64,000 nucleotides of DNA, taken from positions 132,246,001 to 132,310,000 of the forward strand of contig NC_042997.1 in the NCBI RefSeq assembly GCF_006345805.1, in the 5' to 3' direction. The number at the start of each line of letters is the position of its first letter. Position 1 is the stretch's first letter. This stretch comes from Octopus sinensis. Lineage: Eukaryota. The notes beneath the pieces are model-generated. The model saw only the letters and a list, made by a program, of their open reading frames with translations, made no database searches and had not been told where the DNA came from. Position numbers and translations under genes: made by a program. This document shows, piece after piece, positions 38,961 to 53,130 of the stretch.

Positions 38961-39375
38961 GCTACTCTATCCAAGTTATAAGGTCAGGTTTATACCAGTA
39001 CTTAGTGGGGTACTGGGATATGTAGCACGTGTGCCTAAATACCAATCATGAGAAATTAGGCTTCTCAAAACCAGGAAGGAGAAAACTGATTCGATGACTA
39101 CAGACCCAAGCCATCAGTGGAGCTATAAAAATCTGTAAAACTTTCCAGAAGTTTATCATTTAAGTGTATATGAACATGTCTAGACATGCAACTATATGCA
39201 TGTGAATACATACATAAAATAAAACATACAAATCTGCACATATACATACACACAAAAATACCCTGTTGATGTTGTTGAAATTCCAGTGAAGAAGACTTGG
39301 ATCTAGGTTAGAAACCGGCTCTTTCTCTCTATGGGTACGCAATCTTGAAATAAAACTAACTGAATTAGGACAAAC
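38961..39375 (+). mobile_element. 5'-truncated RLE-type LINE, second copy
   Basis: LLYPSYKVRFIPV...EKLGFSKPGRRKLIR*LQTQAISGAIKICKTFQKFII* plus 3' UTR homologous to 268-455. Confidence 0.85.
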
Positions 39376-39624
39376 ACATATAAATACATACATGCATACA
39401 CATACTCACATACACATGCACAAGCACACACACAAACACACACACACACACATACATACATATATATACACACACACTGAAAGGTAGAAGATGGCTGAAA
39501 GATAAAAGTTAAATTGTAAGTGAAGCTAAAATGAAATATAATATTAAATTCAAGAGTCTTAAATGTGTGGGGAAAATGAGATAAATGCAATACATACATG
39601 CATGTACAACTAAACACTATATAT

Positions 39625-39656
<32 letters not shown>

Positions 39657-39684
39657 ATATATATATACATATATATATTATATA

Positions 39685-39726
<42 letters not shown>

Positions 39727-39805
39727 ATGTATATATATATGTATATATATATATGTATATATATGTATATATATATGTATATATATATGTATATATATAT
39801 ATATA

Positions 39806-40100
39806 TGGAGGCGCAATGGCCCAGTGGTTAGGGCAAGCGGTCGTAGGGTCTCGGTTTCGATTCCCAGACCGGGCGTTGTGAGTGTTTATTGAGCGAAAAC
39901 ACCTAAAGCCCCACGAGGCACCGGCAGGGGATGGTGGCGATCCCTGCTGTACTCTTTCGCCACAACTTTCTCTCACTCTTTCTTCTGTTGGCCTGCTCGC
40001 TTAGCCAGCGGGGTGGCGTCATTTGAAGGCTAAAGTAATGCGAAGCGAATTGTAACCAGCGATGTGTAGCAACATCTGATAGCCTGGTCGTTCACAGTGA
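39806..40100 (+). mobile_element. SINE family C, tail type 2
   Basis: Full tRNA-like head; tail as in 10418-10679. Confidence 0.9.
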
Positions 40101-40116
40101 TATATATATATATATC

Positions 40117-40497
40117 GTGGCACTCCGTCGGTTACAACGACGAGGGTTCCAGTTGATCCGATCAACGGAACAGCCTACTCGTGAAATTAACGTATAAGTG
40201 GCTGAGTACTCCACAGACACGTGTACCCTTAATGTAGTTATCGGGAAGATTCAGCGTGACACAGAGTGTGACAAGGCTAGCCCCATCGAAATACAGGTAC
40301 AACAGAAACAGGAAGAAAGAGTAAGAGAAAGTTGTGGTGAAAGAGTACAGCAGGGTTTGCCACTACTCCTGCCGGAGCCTCGTGGAGCTTTATGTGTTTT
40401 CGCTCAATAAACACTCACAACGCCCGGTCTGGGAATCAAAACCGTGATCCCGCGACCGCGAGTCCGCTGTCCTAACCACTGAGCCATTGCGCCTCCA
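40117..40497 (-). mobile_element. SINE family C, tail type 3
   Basis: Same head, tail ...gaaccctcgtcgttgtaaccgacggagtgccac; tail-to-tail with 39806-40100 across a short (TA)n. Confidence 0.9.
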
Positions 40498-40964
40498 CAC
40501 ACACACACGCGCGCACACACAATATGTGATTCACCTACACATGCAGACATGGACACTGACATATACGAATATCAATATATATGGCATAAGGGCACGCCCT
40601 TCAGACAATAGTTAAAGATTAAAATACCTAAGACATATAAAAACATGTAAAAGTATATAAAATATATTCAGAAAAGGACAAGATGAGAAAGAGGAAAATT
40701 CAAAAAGCAGCGGGTAACAGAAATTAACACTTTATTCTAAAGTATTTGTGTATCTTTTTTACTCTAGGTACAAGGCACGAAATTTTTTGGGGAGGGGTCC
40801 TGTTGATTAGTTAGATCCCAGTACGCAACTGGTACTTAATTTATCGACCCCAAAGGGATGAAAGGCAAAGTGGCCCTGGCGGAATTTGAACTCAGAACGT
40901 AAATACAGACGAAATACTGCTAAGCATTTCGCTCGGAGCGCTAACCTTTCTACTAGCTCGCCTT

Positions 40965-41018
<54 letters not shown>

Positions 41019-41589
41019 TATATATATATATAATATATATATATATATATTATATATATATATAAACTTTCGTATGTCTGCTAAATATACATACCGCAAC
41101 AATTATTATGTAATTTAATTCATGCTTCGAATCGAGTCGCAAGGGAATATCCAATTCCGCATAACACGAGATTGAATTAGTTCTGCGCTGTTTGTTTGAG
41201 ATTCGTAGTAAATCTAAGATGATTTCTAAGACATCCCTCTGATATCTGATAGTTGACTAGCGAAAAGCCCTTCATCTGAGGAATAGCTACCTGCAGTGTC
41301 TGCAATGATCCACATTTTACAAAGCCATTAAATAGTCATTAATATTTTATTGGGAATGTGGAGTGGAGATTTGTCGGCAACTATGCTGCTATTTCTTGCA
41401 GGCCAAATGGCTGTATCGTTACCCGCGTATTGACTCAAAACAGTAACGTATAATTGAAATATTTATCTTTTATCTTTCATCTTATTTCAGACATTGGATT
41501 ACGCTGCGGCACCGCCTTAAATGGTTTAGTCGAACAAATCGACCCCGCTACTTATTTTTAAATTCTTGTACTTATTCTATCAGTCTTTA

Positions 41590-41810
41590 TCTGTTTCTTT
41601 ATTACTCACAAGGGGCTAAACATAGAGGAGAAAAACAAGGACAGACAAACGGATTAAGTCGATTACATCGACCCCAGTGCGTAACTGGTATTTAATTTAT
41701 CGACCCCGAAAGATGAAAGGCAAAGTCGACCTCGGCGGAATTTGAACTCAGAACGTAGCGACGGGCGAAATACCGCGAAGCACTTTGCCCGGCCTGCTAA
41801 CAGCTCTGCC
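41590..41810 (-). mobile_element. SINE family B inserted in a SINE-A-related copy
   Basis: The A-type sequence ttattctatcagtcttta is repeated on both sides of the B unit. Confidence 0.75.
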
Positions 41811-43159
41811 TTTTATTCTATCAGTCTTTATCGCCGAACTACTAAGTTACGGGGATGTAAATAAAACAACACCAGTTGTCAAACGGGTTGTGTGGTGGTG
41901 GTGTGGTACAACACACAGAAACACACATTACGTACTTACATACAAACACATACAAACAAGATGACTGCCAACTTGTAGATGTGATTGATCGTCACTGACA
42001 AATTCTCTTTTTCTAACTATTAAAGACAATGGCTATCAGTAATGTTTGTACTAAAATTTAAAACAAGTAACAGCTTGCACAACACCATTAAGATTCTCAT
42101 CTACAAAACAAAGTAGTCCAGAAACAAGCAAAGGCTTCACAATGAGGTTGGTGTTATTTCGGAATTTACTCCTTCTAGAGAGGTGTTTAAACAAAGGTTA
42201 GTGGTCTCTCACACCCAACTTGTGGATAACCGTTGGCTCTACTGGGTACATCGGTTCTTTGACAGATTTCTGTTTGGTCGAACGACTAGGTAGAGCTTTC
42301 TCCATTAATAGTAGCATGTGAGTTGAGGACAGTTGGGTTGCTATTTCTGTCTGGTCTAGGGCAAGTGGCACGATATACACAATGCTCCCGTAATTGACAG
42401 TGGCCTGTGATTGAACGAAAGTTTGGCGGCTATTTCTCGTTGAATGAGTGACCATGCGCAGGAGTGGCTGTGTGGTAAGTAGCTAGGCGCAGGAGTGGCT
42501 GTGTGGTAAGCAGCTTGCTTACTGACCACATGGTTCCGGGTTCAAATACAGACAAAGAGTGATTACAATAGCCTGTGATATATATTTGATCATGATTCTA
42601 TTTCCTCAAGAAACGTATACATATACGAGGTCTCCCACCCCACTTCAACTCTTCCGAGCTTTAAAGAAGACAAAATTCATTGCTCTATTTAAATCTTAAA
42701 AGTCGAGTTCTTCAAAATAGTTACCTCCCCTGTTGATACTCTATTTCCAGGATTTTTTTCCTGTTCTGAAACATATCTTGGAACGCGTTTATGGGGATGA
42801 AGGTGCAGTTCTGGTGGCGAGCTGTCCTCGCTCTGAAATCGGTTACTTTCCGGGGAGAATTTCAACTGGAAAAAAAAGCAAAAATCACTCAAGTGTGAAA
42901 CTCAGAAAGTAGGGAGGCCTGAGAGACGAAAGTTATTTTGTCTTGACAAAACAAAAATTACGGATGATTCGCGCGTAAACATGATTTCATGGGGCGTATT
43001 ATCTAGTTCTAGTTTTCTATGCTTTAGGCTGTCTCCCTGGTACTACCTCACTCAAATTCTTTGAAACATCGAGTAAAATATTTTATTGATCGTCTGACCA
43101 TGTATCACGTTGATGATGGACGACACCGTTCCAATCAATAAAGACGATAATTATCATCT

Positions 43160-43510
43160 TAACTTTTGTGCAACGCTGACAGATTTATGTTTGGTTACAA
43201 CAATTGTTATTGTTCCTTCTCGAGCCATGCCTGGCTCATAAGGGCCGGTTTCCCGGTTTTCTTGGCGTATAGGTTCCCCACCTGGACGGGACGCCGGTCC
43301 GTCGCAGGTGAGCGGCAAGATGCAGGAGGAAAGAGTGAGAGAAAGTTGTGGCGAAAGAGTCAGCAGAAGTTCGCCATTACCTTCTGCCGGAGCCGCGTGG
43401 AGCTTAGGTGCTTCGCTCATAGACACACACATCACCCGGTCTGAGATTCGAACCCGCGATCACTCGACCGTGAATCCGTTGCTCTAACCACTAGACCATG
43501 TGCCTCTATA
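43160..43510 (-). mobile_element. SINE family C-related copy nested in the mariner
   Basis: Head tagaggcacatggtctagtggttagagc...ggttcgaatctc; body as family C. Confidence 0.8.
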
Positions 43511-43727
43511 ACAATTATCTAATCCACTGTAACAACGATCTTCTTTGTTACGATATAGTAGCCGTACACCTGTTTCGTGACTTGTTATGAAACTTACAGT
43601 GTTTTTTTTATCAGCATCTGAACTCAAAGAAGTTCCTACCTGATTGTGATTTGGTTATCCTTTCGCTCATTTGTCAGCACGTGCAACACAAATTTTGCAG
43701 TAAAATAATTCATTTAAATGTTTTCTT

Positions 43728-44124
43728 GGATCTTTTCGGGTTGAACGGCAGTTTTTAACATAATTTCTAGGTAACTGAAAAATTTTAAACTTCGTATACC
43801 GGTAGAATGTGTTTATAAAACATCTTTTTCTCTTGGCTTTATTGAGAAAATTCTATAGTTTGCAAGATATTTGTTGTTTTTTTCTTCTTCAATTTCTGCA
43901 ATTTCAATCAATCAAATACGTCTATTGAGGTAAAAAACATTCTGTGCCGTATGAATATGTCCCTAGTTTATTTACATTTGTGAAGAAAAAAAAGATACCC
44001 TTCCCCCCACCCCTAACCCTAAAACGGATTGAAATGCAATAGATCGATACTAGGGTCATAATTATGGGTGACAATTTCATATGACACCGCTAGAAAAAAA
44101 CTGCCGTTCAAACCGAAAAGATCC
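43728..44124. mobile_element. MITE with about 30-bp TIRs and 8-bp TSD (Merlin-like by inference)
   Basis: ggatcttttcgggttgaacggcagttttt / aaaaactgccgttcaaaccgaaaagatcc; flanks gttttctt and ggtttctt (7/8 identical). Confidence 0.8.
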
Positions 44125-44659
44125 GGTTTCTTTTAAAACAATATGTGACAAACTTTTACAGATGCCTATTGCTTGGGAAACTTCACTAACAGTCAAACGA
44201 CAATTTCAGGGAATCACAACATGCATTATCACAATATGGTAATCATGGCAAGAGTGGAAAGTCTTCTAGATCTGGGATCATTTTTCGTCGATGTGCTCAA
44301 TTTGAAATGCTGGTAGCATTCGTGTCATGTGGTTAGTCTTAAACAATTTTTCCATCATTGGTATACTGCAACATTAGAAAAGTCTTCGTATTTGTACTCC
44401 CTAATTTGAAACAGAATTTCGTACAAATTTGTTGTTCTTCCAAATATTTCATTGTTTATCTTGTTACAAACCTCCAAGTGCATCAAGAATGCTTTCACTC
44501 TAGCATGTGTCGATCAATGACTAACTGAAGCAATAATATATTATTAAACGAACGACAAGATTAGCCATATACGTCACCGCAGCTGCAAGCACACCGTGGT
44601 GGTTGGCTGGTTTGCTGTTTTAATAATCAGGTTTCTTTTACATAAGATCTCGTGTACTA

Positions 44660-45087
44660 CGTACGTACGTATGTACTTATGTACATACGTACGGTATGTA
44701 CTTATGTACATACGTACGTATGTATGCACTTATGTACGTGCGTATGTGCGAATAGATGTATGTATGTATGTATGCGCATGTGTGCGCGCGCACGTATGTG
44801 TATGTGTAAAAATTATATATGCGTGCATGCGTGTAAATGAAATTAGAATGAGATACTGGTTGACAAATAATTAGATAAGGATATATATGTGTGTGTGTAT
44901 GTGTGCGCGCGCGTGTGTATAAATCTATACATATGTAGATATATGTATATGTATCTATAATATATATATGTACATATATATGTATATACATTTATATGTA
45001 TATATTTATATACATATATACACACATATATATAGATACATGAATACATACATAGACACACAACAAGACAGAGACAGACAGACAGAC

Positions 45088-45145
<58 letters not shown>

Positions 45146-45179
45146 ACAGATAGATAGATAGATAGATAGGTAGACAGAC

Positions 45180-45267
<88 letters not shown>

Positions 45268-45270
45268 GAA
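44660..45270. repeat. Compound (TACG)/(TA)/(GATA)n microsatellite
   Basis: Direct tandem repeats. Confidence 0.9.
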
Positions 45271-46122
45271 AAGATATGTAGACAGAGAAAGCATCACTGA
45301 TATTGATGGTCGGTTGTTTAGTTATATTTTTCCTTCATGAAATAAAAATAAAGAAAACAAACAAATCTCATCTACCTTCTCTCTTCAAAAAAAAAAAAAA
45401 AAAATGGAACCAATAAAAGGCTTATCCAAAAGAGGTGATAACTAACGTAATCTTATATCTACCGATTTCAGAGTTTAACTGTAAGTTTAACTGTACCAGT
45501 GTGTCGTATGTTGCAAACAGCCGAAACTAATCAGAAACCAGTTTTTAGAAAATCTCATGGGTAAACGGAGAAGGTAGGTGTCTGGCGTTTTGTGAAGCAG
45601 AACACCGTTCTGAGTGGAAATCTCATTGATTGCCTCAAAATGGATGTGAACACATAACACAAAGATTTCGACGCTGAAGTCATTTACAGTGCAAAATTGT
45701 TCTCTCGGCAATTTTGGTCTTACTTCACTGATTTCACTTTAGTTAAAACCACAAAATACAAAAATGCGCAAATAACAACAGCAAAGCAAATAAAAAATAA
45801 AGCAAACGAAGAAATATAAATAAAGTAAAAGAGTAGTTAAGAAATGAATCTAATAGAGTCTAAGAATATTATTTTTCTATTTTCTGTTTGTAAATTGTAC
45901 TGAAAGAGAAGTGGTTCTCAGTGTTTATATTAGCCGCAAGGCATTGAGTACGACGATGGAGAATTAAAGCATATACAGTCTTCGAAAGAAGTTTGTTTAA
46001 GTTATATACCGAAACGAAAGCGAGCAATTATTTACGGTCGAGTTTAGCTCTACATTGCAGGTTCAATTCCCGGTCAATTTATTTCACTTCGATTACTAGG
46101 AATCTTGCCGTTTAACAATATA

Positions 46123-46928
46123 TTTTTCTTTATTACCCACAAGGGGCTAAACATAGAGGGGACAAACAAGGACAGACAAAGGAATTAAGTCGATTACATC
46201 GACCCCAGTGCGAAACTAGTACTTTATTTATCGACCCCGAAAGAATGAAAGACAAAGTCGACCTCGGCGGAATTTGAACTCAGAACGTAGCGACAGACGA
46301 AATACCTATTTCTTTACTACCCACAAGGGGCTAACCACAGAGAGGACAAACAAGGACAGACAAAAGAATTAAGTCGATTACATCGACCCCAGTACGAAGC
46401 TGGTACTTATTTATCGACCCCGAAAGGATGAAAGGCAAAGTCGACCTCGGCGGAATTTGAACTCAGAACGTAGCGACAGACGAAATACCTATTTCTTTAC
46501 TACCCACAAGGGGCTAACCACAGAGAGGACAAACAAGGACAGACAAAAGAATTAAGTCGATTACATCGACCCCAGTACGAAACTGGTACTTATTTATCGA
46601 CCCCGAAAGACAAGTGAAGTTCTTTTTTCCATTGCCGAAAGGCAAAGTCGACCTCGGCGGAATTTGAACTCAGAACGTAGCGACAGACAAAATACCTATT
46701 TCTTTACTACCCACAAGGGGCTAAACACAGAGAGGACGAACAAGGACAGACAAACGGATTAAGTCGATTATATCGACCCCAGTGCGTAACAGGTACTTAT
46801 TTATCGACCCCGAAAGGATGAAAGGCAAAGTCGACCTCGGCGGAATTTGAACTCACAACGTAACGGTAGACGAAATACGGCTAAGCATTTCGCCCGGCGT
46901 GCTAACGTTTCTGTCAGCTCGCCGCCTT
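46123..46928 (-). mobile_element. SINE family B tandem array (4 units of about 183 bp plus head)
   Basis: Unit starts at about 46123, 46307, 46490 and 46697; TSD ttg(c/a)cgtttaacaatata at 46105-46122 and 46929-46946. Confidence 0.92.
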
Positions 46929-47227
46929 TTGACGTTTAACAATATAGGGGACAGCTTATGAAAGTCTCTGTCTCCTTCAACTTACTACTTCTTCTTTACC
47001 AACTTTATGGTAGATCTTGTTAAGAGATTCTAAGTCTGTCTCCTTGTTTCCAAAACAGCATAGAATATTATATCAATAATATAGGGTACGGCTTATAAAA
47101 GGTTGACTTCTTTACTACCACCATTATAGGTATTTATACTGCGGTGAAATTAAGAAAACAACTCGTAAATAAACGAAACCCTTGAATCCATTAGTGTACA
47201 CACACACACACGCGCGCACAGAGTCGC

Positions 47228-47258
<31 letters not shown>

Positions 47259-48663
47259 TGTATGTATTTATGTATGTATGTATGTATGTATGTATGTATG
47301 TATGTATGTATGTATGTATGTATGTATGTACCTACACGTGTCTACGCGCATAGGTACAACATGATCTATACACACACAGACGAGGGTCGATTCATATGAA
47401 AAAGAAAGTGAACAATATAAAATACGTATTGAAAATATTGAAGAGAATTTCGGAAGTGTTTCACCATTATAGGTATTTATACTCTGGCGAAATTAAAAAA
47501 TCAACTCATAAATAAACGAAACCCCCGAATCCATAACAGTACACACACACACTTACATATTCATTGAATTAGCGTGTACATGGCTGAATAGCCCACAGAC
47601 ACGTGTACCCTTAATGTAGTTCTCACTCATAATCTATGTGAAGTTATACATACATACACACGCGTACGGTCGTTCACATTTATATACTTATACATGTATG
47701 TACATGTATAAATGTATATGCATGTGTATATACATTTGTGGATATTAAGGAATGATACAAACAGTGGTGAGAAAATACACACACACACACACATACATAT
47801 ACGCATGCAAACACACACACACACGCACACACATATATATACATACATATAGTGTTTTTTGAATGAAATCCTTTGTGGCATTTGTTCTGCACTGAGTCAC
47901 AGAGATACTCTCTTGTAACTCTCACCGTCTTTGATAGAATCATTGGAAGACGATAATCGACTATGTTATTGTTCACTAGTTCCATTATAAAACAATTAAG
48001 CAGATAAGAAAATACCACTAAATCAAAGAAAGTAAAATTCAAACAACTCCATGAATGCCTAGAGGACGTTATGTATAATATAGAAAAATGGACACCAAAT
48101 TGAAAGATTTAGACCGAAGTGAAAGCAATAAACAGAACAATGAAAATAAGCGTTCAACCCAAAACAGCTGAATTTGTGCATGGTCAGGAAAACGGAGCTA
48201 CAAATTGCATTATACGAAAATGAAAAGAGCCAATGTATTCGTCATTATAGATGGAAGACGTTATTGAATATTACAATCTACTTAATAAAGACTGCATACA
48301 CGATGAAGGATGCCGAGGAGTTTGTATTAATTAATAATATTAAAGCAATAGTAGTGAAAATAATTACTTTTCAAATTACAGTTCTGGTCAAAAACATGGA
48401 AAGGCAGACTACGAAAGTTTTAGTGAAATTAATAAGAATTAAGAAAGGGAATACACTCTTCAACTAATAATTAAGCTTAATAGATCAATTACAGTTGCAA
48501 AACACAAATTATAGTTACTTAACTTTTTCATTCTATCAGACGAATGATAAAATAATGACGGACTTCTACGTGATTGCTCAACCCGTGAGAAATAGCAACC
48601 AAATCTTCCTCATATCACACGCTTTATTATCTTAAAGAACAGAGGGAATGATGCAGTCTTATA

Positions 48664-49045
48664 TCTCTCTCTATATATAAAGCTGAAGTTGTCAGTGTAT
48701 GGCAGGTTTGGCAGCCTTCAACTAACACTATCTCCTCCGAGACCCTGCGGTGCAAGTTGACCAAAATTGAGAATATGATACAAGTAGACTTGCTCTTCCT
48801 TCCGTAGAAGAAAAAATTCAAATCGGACCATGTTAACACCAAAAACTATTTACATCAAAAAGGTGCTTTTTTTCTATGAAAATCCCTATTTTTTACGATC
48901 TTTTCACTGCTGTGTCGCCATTTTCCCGTGTATTTCAACCAGAAAAATGTTCACTTGAAGAGAATAATGCAAAACTTTTACTTTTCAAAAATTCCAATTC
49001 CAAAGGGTCGAAACAAACCCGAGCAACGCCGGGCGATACTGCTAG
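48664..49045 (+). mobile_element. Non-autonomous Helitron
   Basis: A|TC start, 3' hairpin cccg-agcaacgc-cggg (49018-49033), then CTAG|T. Confidence 0.85.
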
Positions 49046-49499
49046 TGTTATTAAAAGACAAAATGCTTATTACCTGAATACTTTGATAACAAGTTCCTCT
49101 GATCGAACAAAGTTGACACAATAATAACAAAATCAACAACATTGGCAGCAACATCAATAACTACAGAATCAACAACGGCAAAAGCAGCAATAGTGTGTAG
49201 AAATAGCGGCAGAAGCAACAGCGACTATAACAATTGCTGCATTGAAGAGAAATTAATCCCAGATTTTATGTAAAATCCCACGGAGAACGTAACCGTGAAC
49301 TTTCCAAAATATAGCATAGGCGCAGGCGTGGCTGTGTGGTAAGAAGTTTGCTTCGCAATCACAAGGTCCAAGGTTCAGTACCACTGCGTGGCACCTTGGA
49401 CTAGTGTCTTTTACTGTAGCCTCGTGCTGTCCAAAGCGGATTTGGTCGACGGTGACTGAAAGAAGCCCGTCATGTGCCTGTGTATACATACATACATAC

Positions 49500-49572
<73 letters not shown>

Positions 49573-49854
49573 CATACGTGTGTGTGCGCCCCAGCATGAC
49601 CGCAGTCTGATGTCTGAAACGAGTAAAAGAATATCGGTCTCCATTGCAATAAAGTGTATGATATTTATTAAGCAGCATATACGAAAGAAACAAATATATG
49701 TTATCGAATGAGTTCTTAGAAGAAACAACTACCTTGGAAACATCTTTAACTTGGTCGATGGAAAGGGTAGTAATCTTTGTAATGGCATCAGAACTAGAAA
49801 ATATCTTTGTAAATCTAGTATTACTGTAAAACCAACACTACACTATCAAATATT

Positions 49855-50451
49855 CTTTTCTATTCTAGGCACAAAGCCCGAAATTTTGGGAGAGGAGACC
49901 AGTCGATAAGATCGACCCAAGTACGTAACTACTACTTAATTTATCGACCCAGAAAGGATGACAGGCAAAGTCGACCTCGGCGGAATTTGAACTCAGAACG
50001 TAAAGACAGACGAAATACCTATTTCTTTACTACCCACAAGGGGCTATACACAGAGGGGACAAACAAGGACAGACAAACAAGGACAGACAAACGGATTAAG
50101 TCGATTATATCGACCCCAGTGCGTAACTGGTACTTATTTAATCGACCAAGAAAGGATGACAGGCAAAGTCGACCTCGGCAGAATTTGAACTCAGAACGTA
50201 AAGACAGACGAAATACCTATTTCTTTACTACCCACAAGGGGCTATACACAGAGGGGACAAACAAGGATAGACAAACGGATTAAGTCGATTACATCGACCC
50301 CAGTGCGTGACTGGTACTTATTTAATCGACTAAGAAAGAATGAAAGGCAAAGTCGACCTCGGCGGAATTTGAACTCAGAACGTAGCGGCAGACAAAATGC
50401 CGCTAAGCATTTCGCCTGGCGTGTCAACGTTTCTGCCAGCTCGCCGCCTTA
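49855..50451 (-). mobile_element. SINE family B tandem array (3 units)
   Basis: TSD acactatcaa(a/t)tatt at 49840-49854 and 50452-50466; same unit order as 7514-8052. Confidence 0.9.
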
Positions 50452-50694
50452 ACACTATCAATTATTGTTAGAAAACTATTGTTGTTTTACACAAGTGAAG
50501 TTCTTTTTTCCATTGCCAACACCACAAATCATAAGGAAGAAGTGACAATAGCATTTCCGCTTCCGTCAAAGTTTACCATGTTGTACTTCCTCAACTAAGA
50601 AAATTGCCATGACAAAATAAATCCACAAATTGTACAAGGTATATATATATGGATGATATATTAATTGTATATTTTTTTTGGAGTGGCTTATAGT

Positions 50695-50848
50695 CGTAGG
50701 AGTGGCTGTGTGGTAAGTTCCGGGTTCAGTCCGACTGCGTGGCACCTTGGGCAAGTGTCTTTTACTATAGCCTCGACTAAAGGCGGTGCTCCAGCATAGC
50801 CGCAGTCAGTCAAATGACTGAAACAAGTAAAAGAGAGTAAAAGAGTAT
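50695..50848 (+). mobile_element. Internally deleted SINE family A
   Basis: Head joined to tail at the ctcg microhomology; the microsatellite region is lost. Confidence 0.8.
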
Positions 50849-51387
50849 AGTTTGAGTGAAGGGAGCACCTATGATTTATAAGGCTTCCTTGACTGATGTG
50901 AGGGAGGAAGGGATACTCAAATCCCAGTCACCTGGCTCTAGTACTTGCAACAAGGTGGATTCTAATGAAGGATCTCCTCAACCCAAGGTACCAAATAATT
51001 GTGTTAAACCGGACGAAGGATTAGATCTACTGCCTAACTAGGAAGACATAGTGGATTTTGATATGAGAATGCAAAGAGCTGGAACAAATATCGTAAAGCA
51101 TTCGGTCTGCCATTCTTCCAGTTCCGCTAATTCATTGCTCTGGATTGGTATCAGTTTTTATCGACCATAAAATGATGAAAGACGAAGTTGACCTCGGCGG
51201 CATTTGATCTTACAGCGCAATGTATATTCTGTCTGATATTCTAATGAATCTTCCAATTCGCTACTCCGAGGACATATGAAAAACAAAATCAACATACTAA
51301 AAACAGAAATAAGAAAATAACTGTATTCTCCTCTTTAATATGGAGTATAGCTTGGGTAAAATTACAGATGCACCAACAAATGAATGT

Positions 51388-51570
51388 AAACGCAGGAGTG
51401 GCTGTGTGGTAAGTAGTTTGCTTATCAACCACATGGTTCCGGGTTCAATCCTACTGCGTGGCACGTTGGGCAAGTGTCTTCTACTATAGCCTCGGGCCGA
51501 CCAAAGCCTTGTGAGTGGATTTGGTAGATGGAAATTGAAAGAAGCCCTTCGTATATATGTATATATATAC

Positions 51571-51601
<31 letters not shown>

Positions 51602-51830
51602 CGAGTGTTTGTGTGTCTGTGTTGGTCCCCCCACTAACATCGCTTGACAATCGATGCTGGTGTGTTTACGTCCCCGTAACGTAGCGGTTCGGCAAAAAGA
51701 GGCCGATAGAAGAAGTACTAGGTTTACAAAGAATAAGTCCTGGGGTCGATTTTGTCGACTAAAGGTGGTGCTCCAACATGGTCACAGTCAAAATGACTGA
51801 AGCAAGTAAAACAATAAAAGACTAAAAGAA
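51388..51830 (+). mobile_element. SINE family A
   Basis: Full-length copy. Confidence 0.9.
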
Positions 51831-52892
51831 AGTAAAACCATAAACAGGCACAGCATATATTACATAAATATACACTTAAAACATCATTAAATGCCTACGT
51901 ACGCATAAAGATAACGACTATTCAGTTAGTTATAGAACGTTGAGTTATATAATCCCAACTTATATAAGATGGTTTAAAACTTTTCCATAAAAGAACTACA
52001 GAAAAGAAATTAAGAGAATATAACAAATAGCGAATAAATAATTTAGTAGAGAAAATAAGTAACAACAAATATAATAAATAGTAATGAAGATATTTAAAAA
52101 GGCGAACAGGACAAAATATCTGACATGAACAATATACATTGTCTATATAATATAACAACATATACTAAAGAGAAAAGAAAAATGATTGAATCTAATACAA
52201 GCCTTGCACCGATCATAAATTACCTTTAATAATATATTACAAAGACACCTGAATTAAAGATTTACTCAACAAACTCGAAGTTAATCTCCTAAATAAAGAT
52301 AATTAATGTAATTTAGAAATTCTTAAGCAAGCATGTTTGTGGCAAACTTTATGATCCTAATTGTTAGCGTAGGCATAATAGTATCGCGAGGAATCACTGT
52401 TACATAATACACAGCAAAAGCCAAAGGAAATTAGGAAAATAAACTCAACCATCTTATAAGGAACTCCCTCAAGTCCCTTGGTTGCTGCAAATAAAGTCGG
52501 ATCACTTTCGAGCTGATGATGTTTATTGAGCCAGAAACTAATGTCTACAATTGTCTACAATTTCTCCAGACAATAAGCCTGTCCGTTTCCTTAATGGTAT
52601 GTCAACTTTGGAGAAAATCTTGGTTCTTCTCAAGTGAAGCTAGCCTTAATTAGCAATTTAATAATTATGATAACTTTCATCAGGATACGGAGATAATTTC
52701 AATAAATCAAAAATAATCATGTTGTAAGATAACTTGATATTTTACTATGCATTTGTGTATAATACAAGATACTGGACTCTCTGAATTATCTTTTTTTAGT
52801 TCATTTTTGTTTTTAAAACATGTCCGTCCGTCAGTCCGCCCATCCATCCATCCATCCATCCATCCATCCATACATACATACATACATACATA

Positions 52893-53022
52893 CCTGGGTT
52901 AACATCAAAGAGGCCTCTATTTCGCTGACTCACAGAAGGCAGCAGAAGACCGAGAGAACTGATGAAGTCTGGTTGCGAATTCATCGACAAATGTTCAATG
53001 ACACACGGTCTAAGGATAGAAA
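52893..53022 (+). mobile_element. Very short LINE 3' end (RTE-like)
   Basis: Frame reads AAEDREN**SLVANSS, resembling the AxDRxxWR tail of RTE ORF2. Confidence 0.45.
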
Positions 53023-53025
53023 CAC

Positions 53026-53061
<36 letters not shown>

Positions 53062-53082
53062 ATATATATATATATACATATA

Positions 53083-53130
<48 letters not shown>

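Larger units (their letters stand above)
42625..44600 (-). mobile_element. Decayed mariner (DD34D-type) transposon with nested insertions
   Basis: EQQICTKFCFKLG (about 44400), ITSHET-VYGY (about 43560), SINRGGNYFEE (about 42720); nested SINE-C and MITE. Confidence 0.8.

Noticed and set aside
39806-39880. tRNA gene
   Set aside because: It is the tRNA-like head of a SINE and continues directly into the SINE body seen in several copies.
43995-44025. ccctaaccctaa as an interstitial telomere
   Set aside because: Only two units, inside a MITE.
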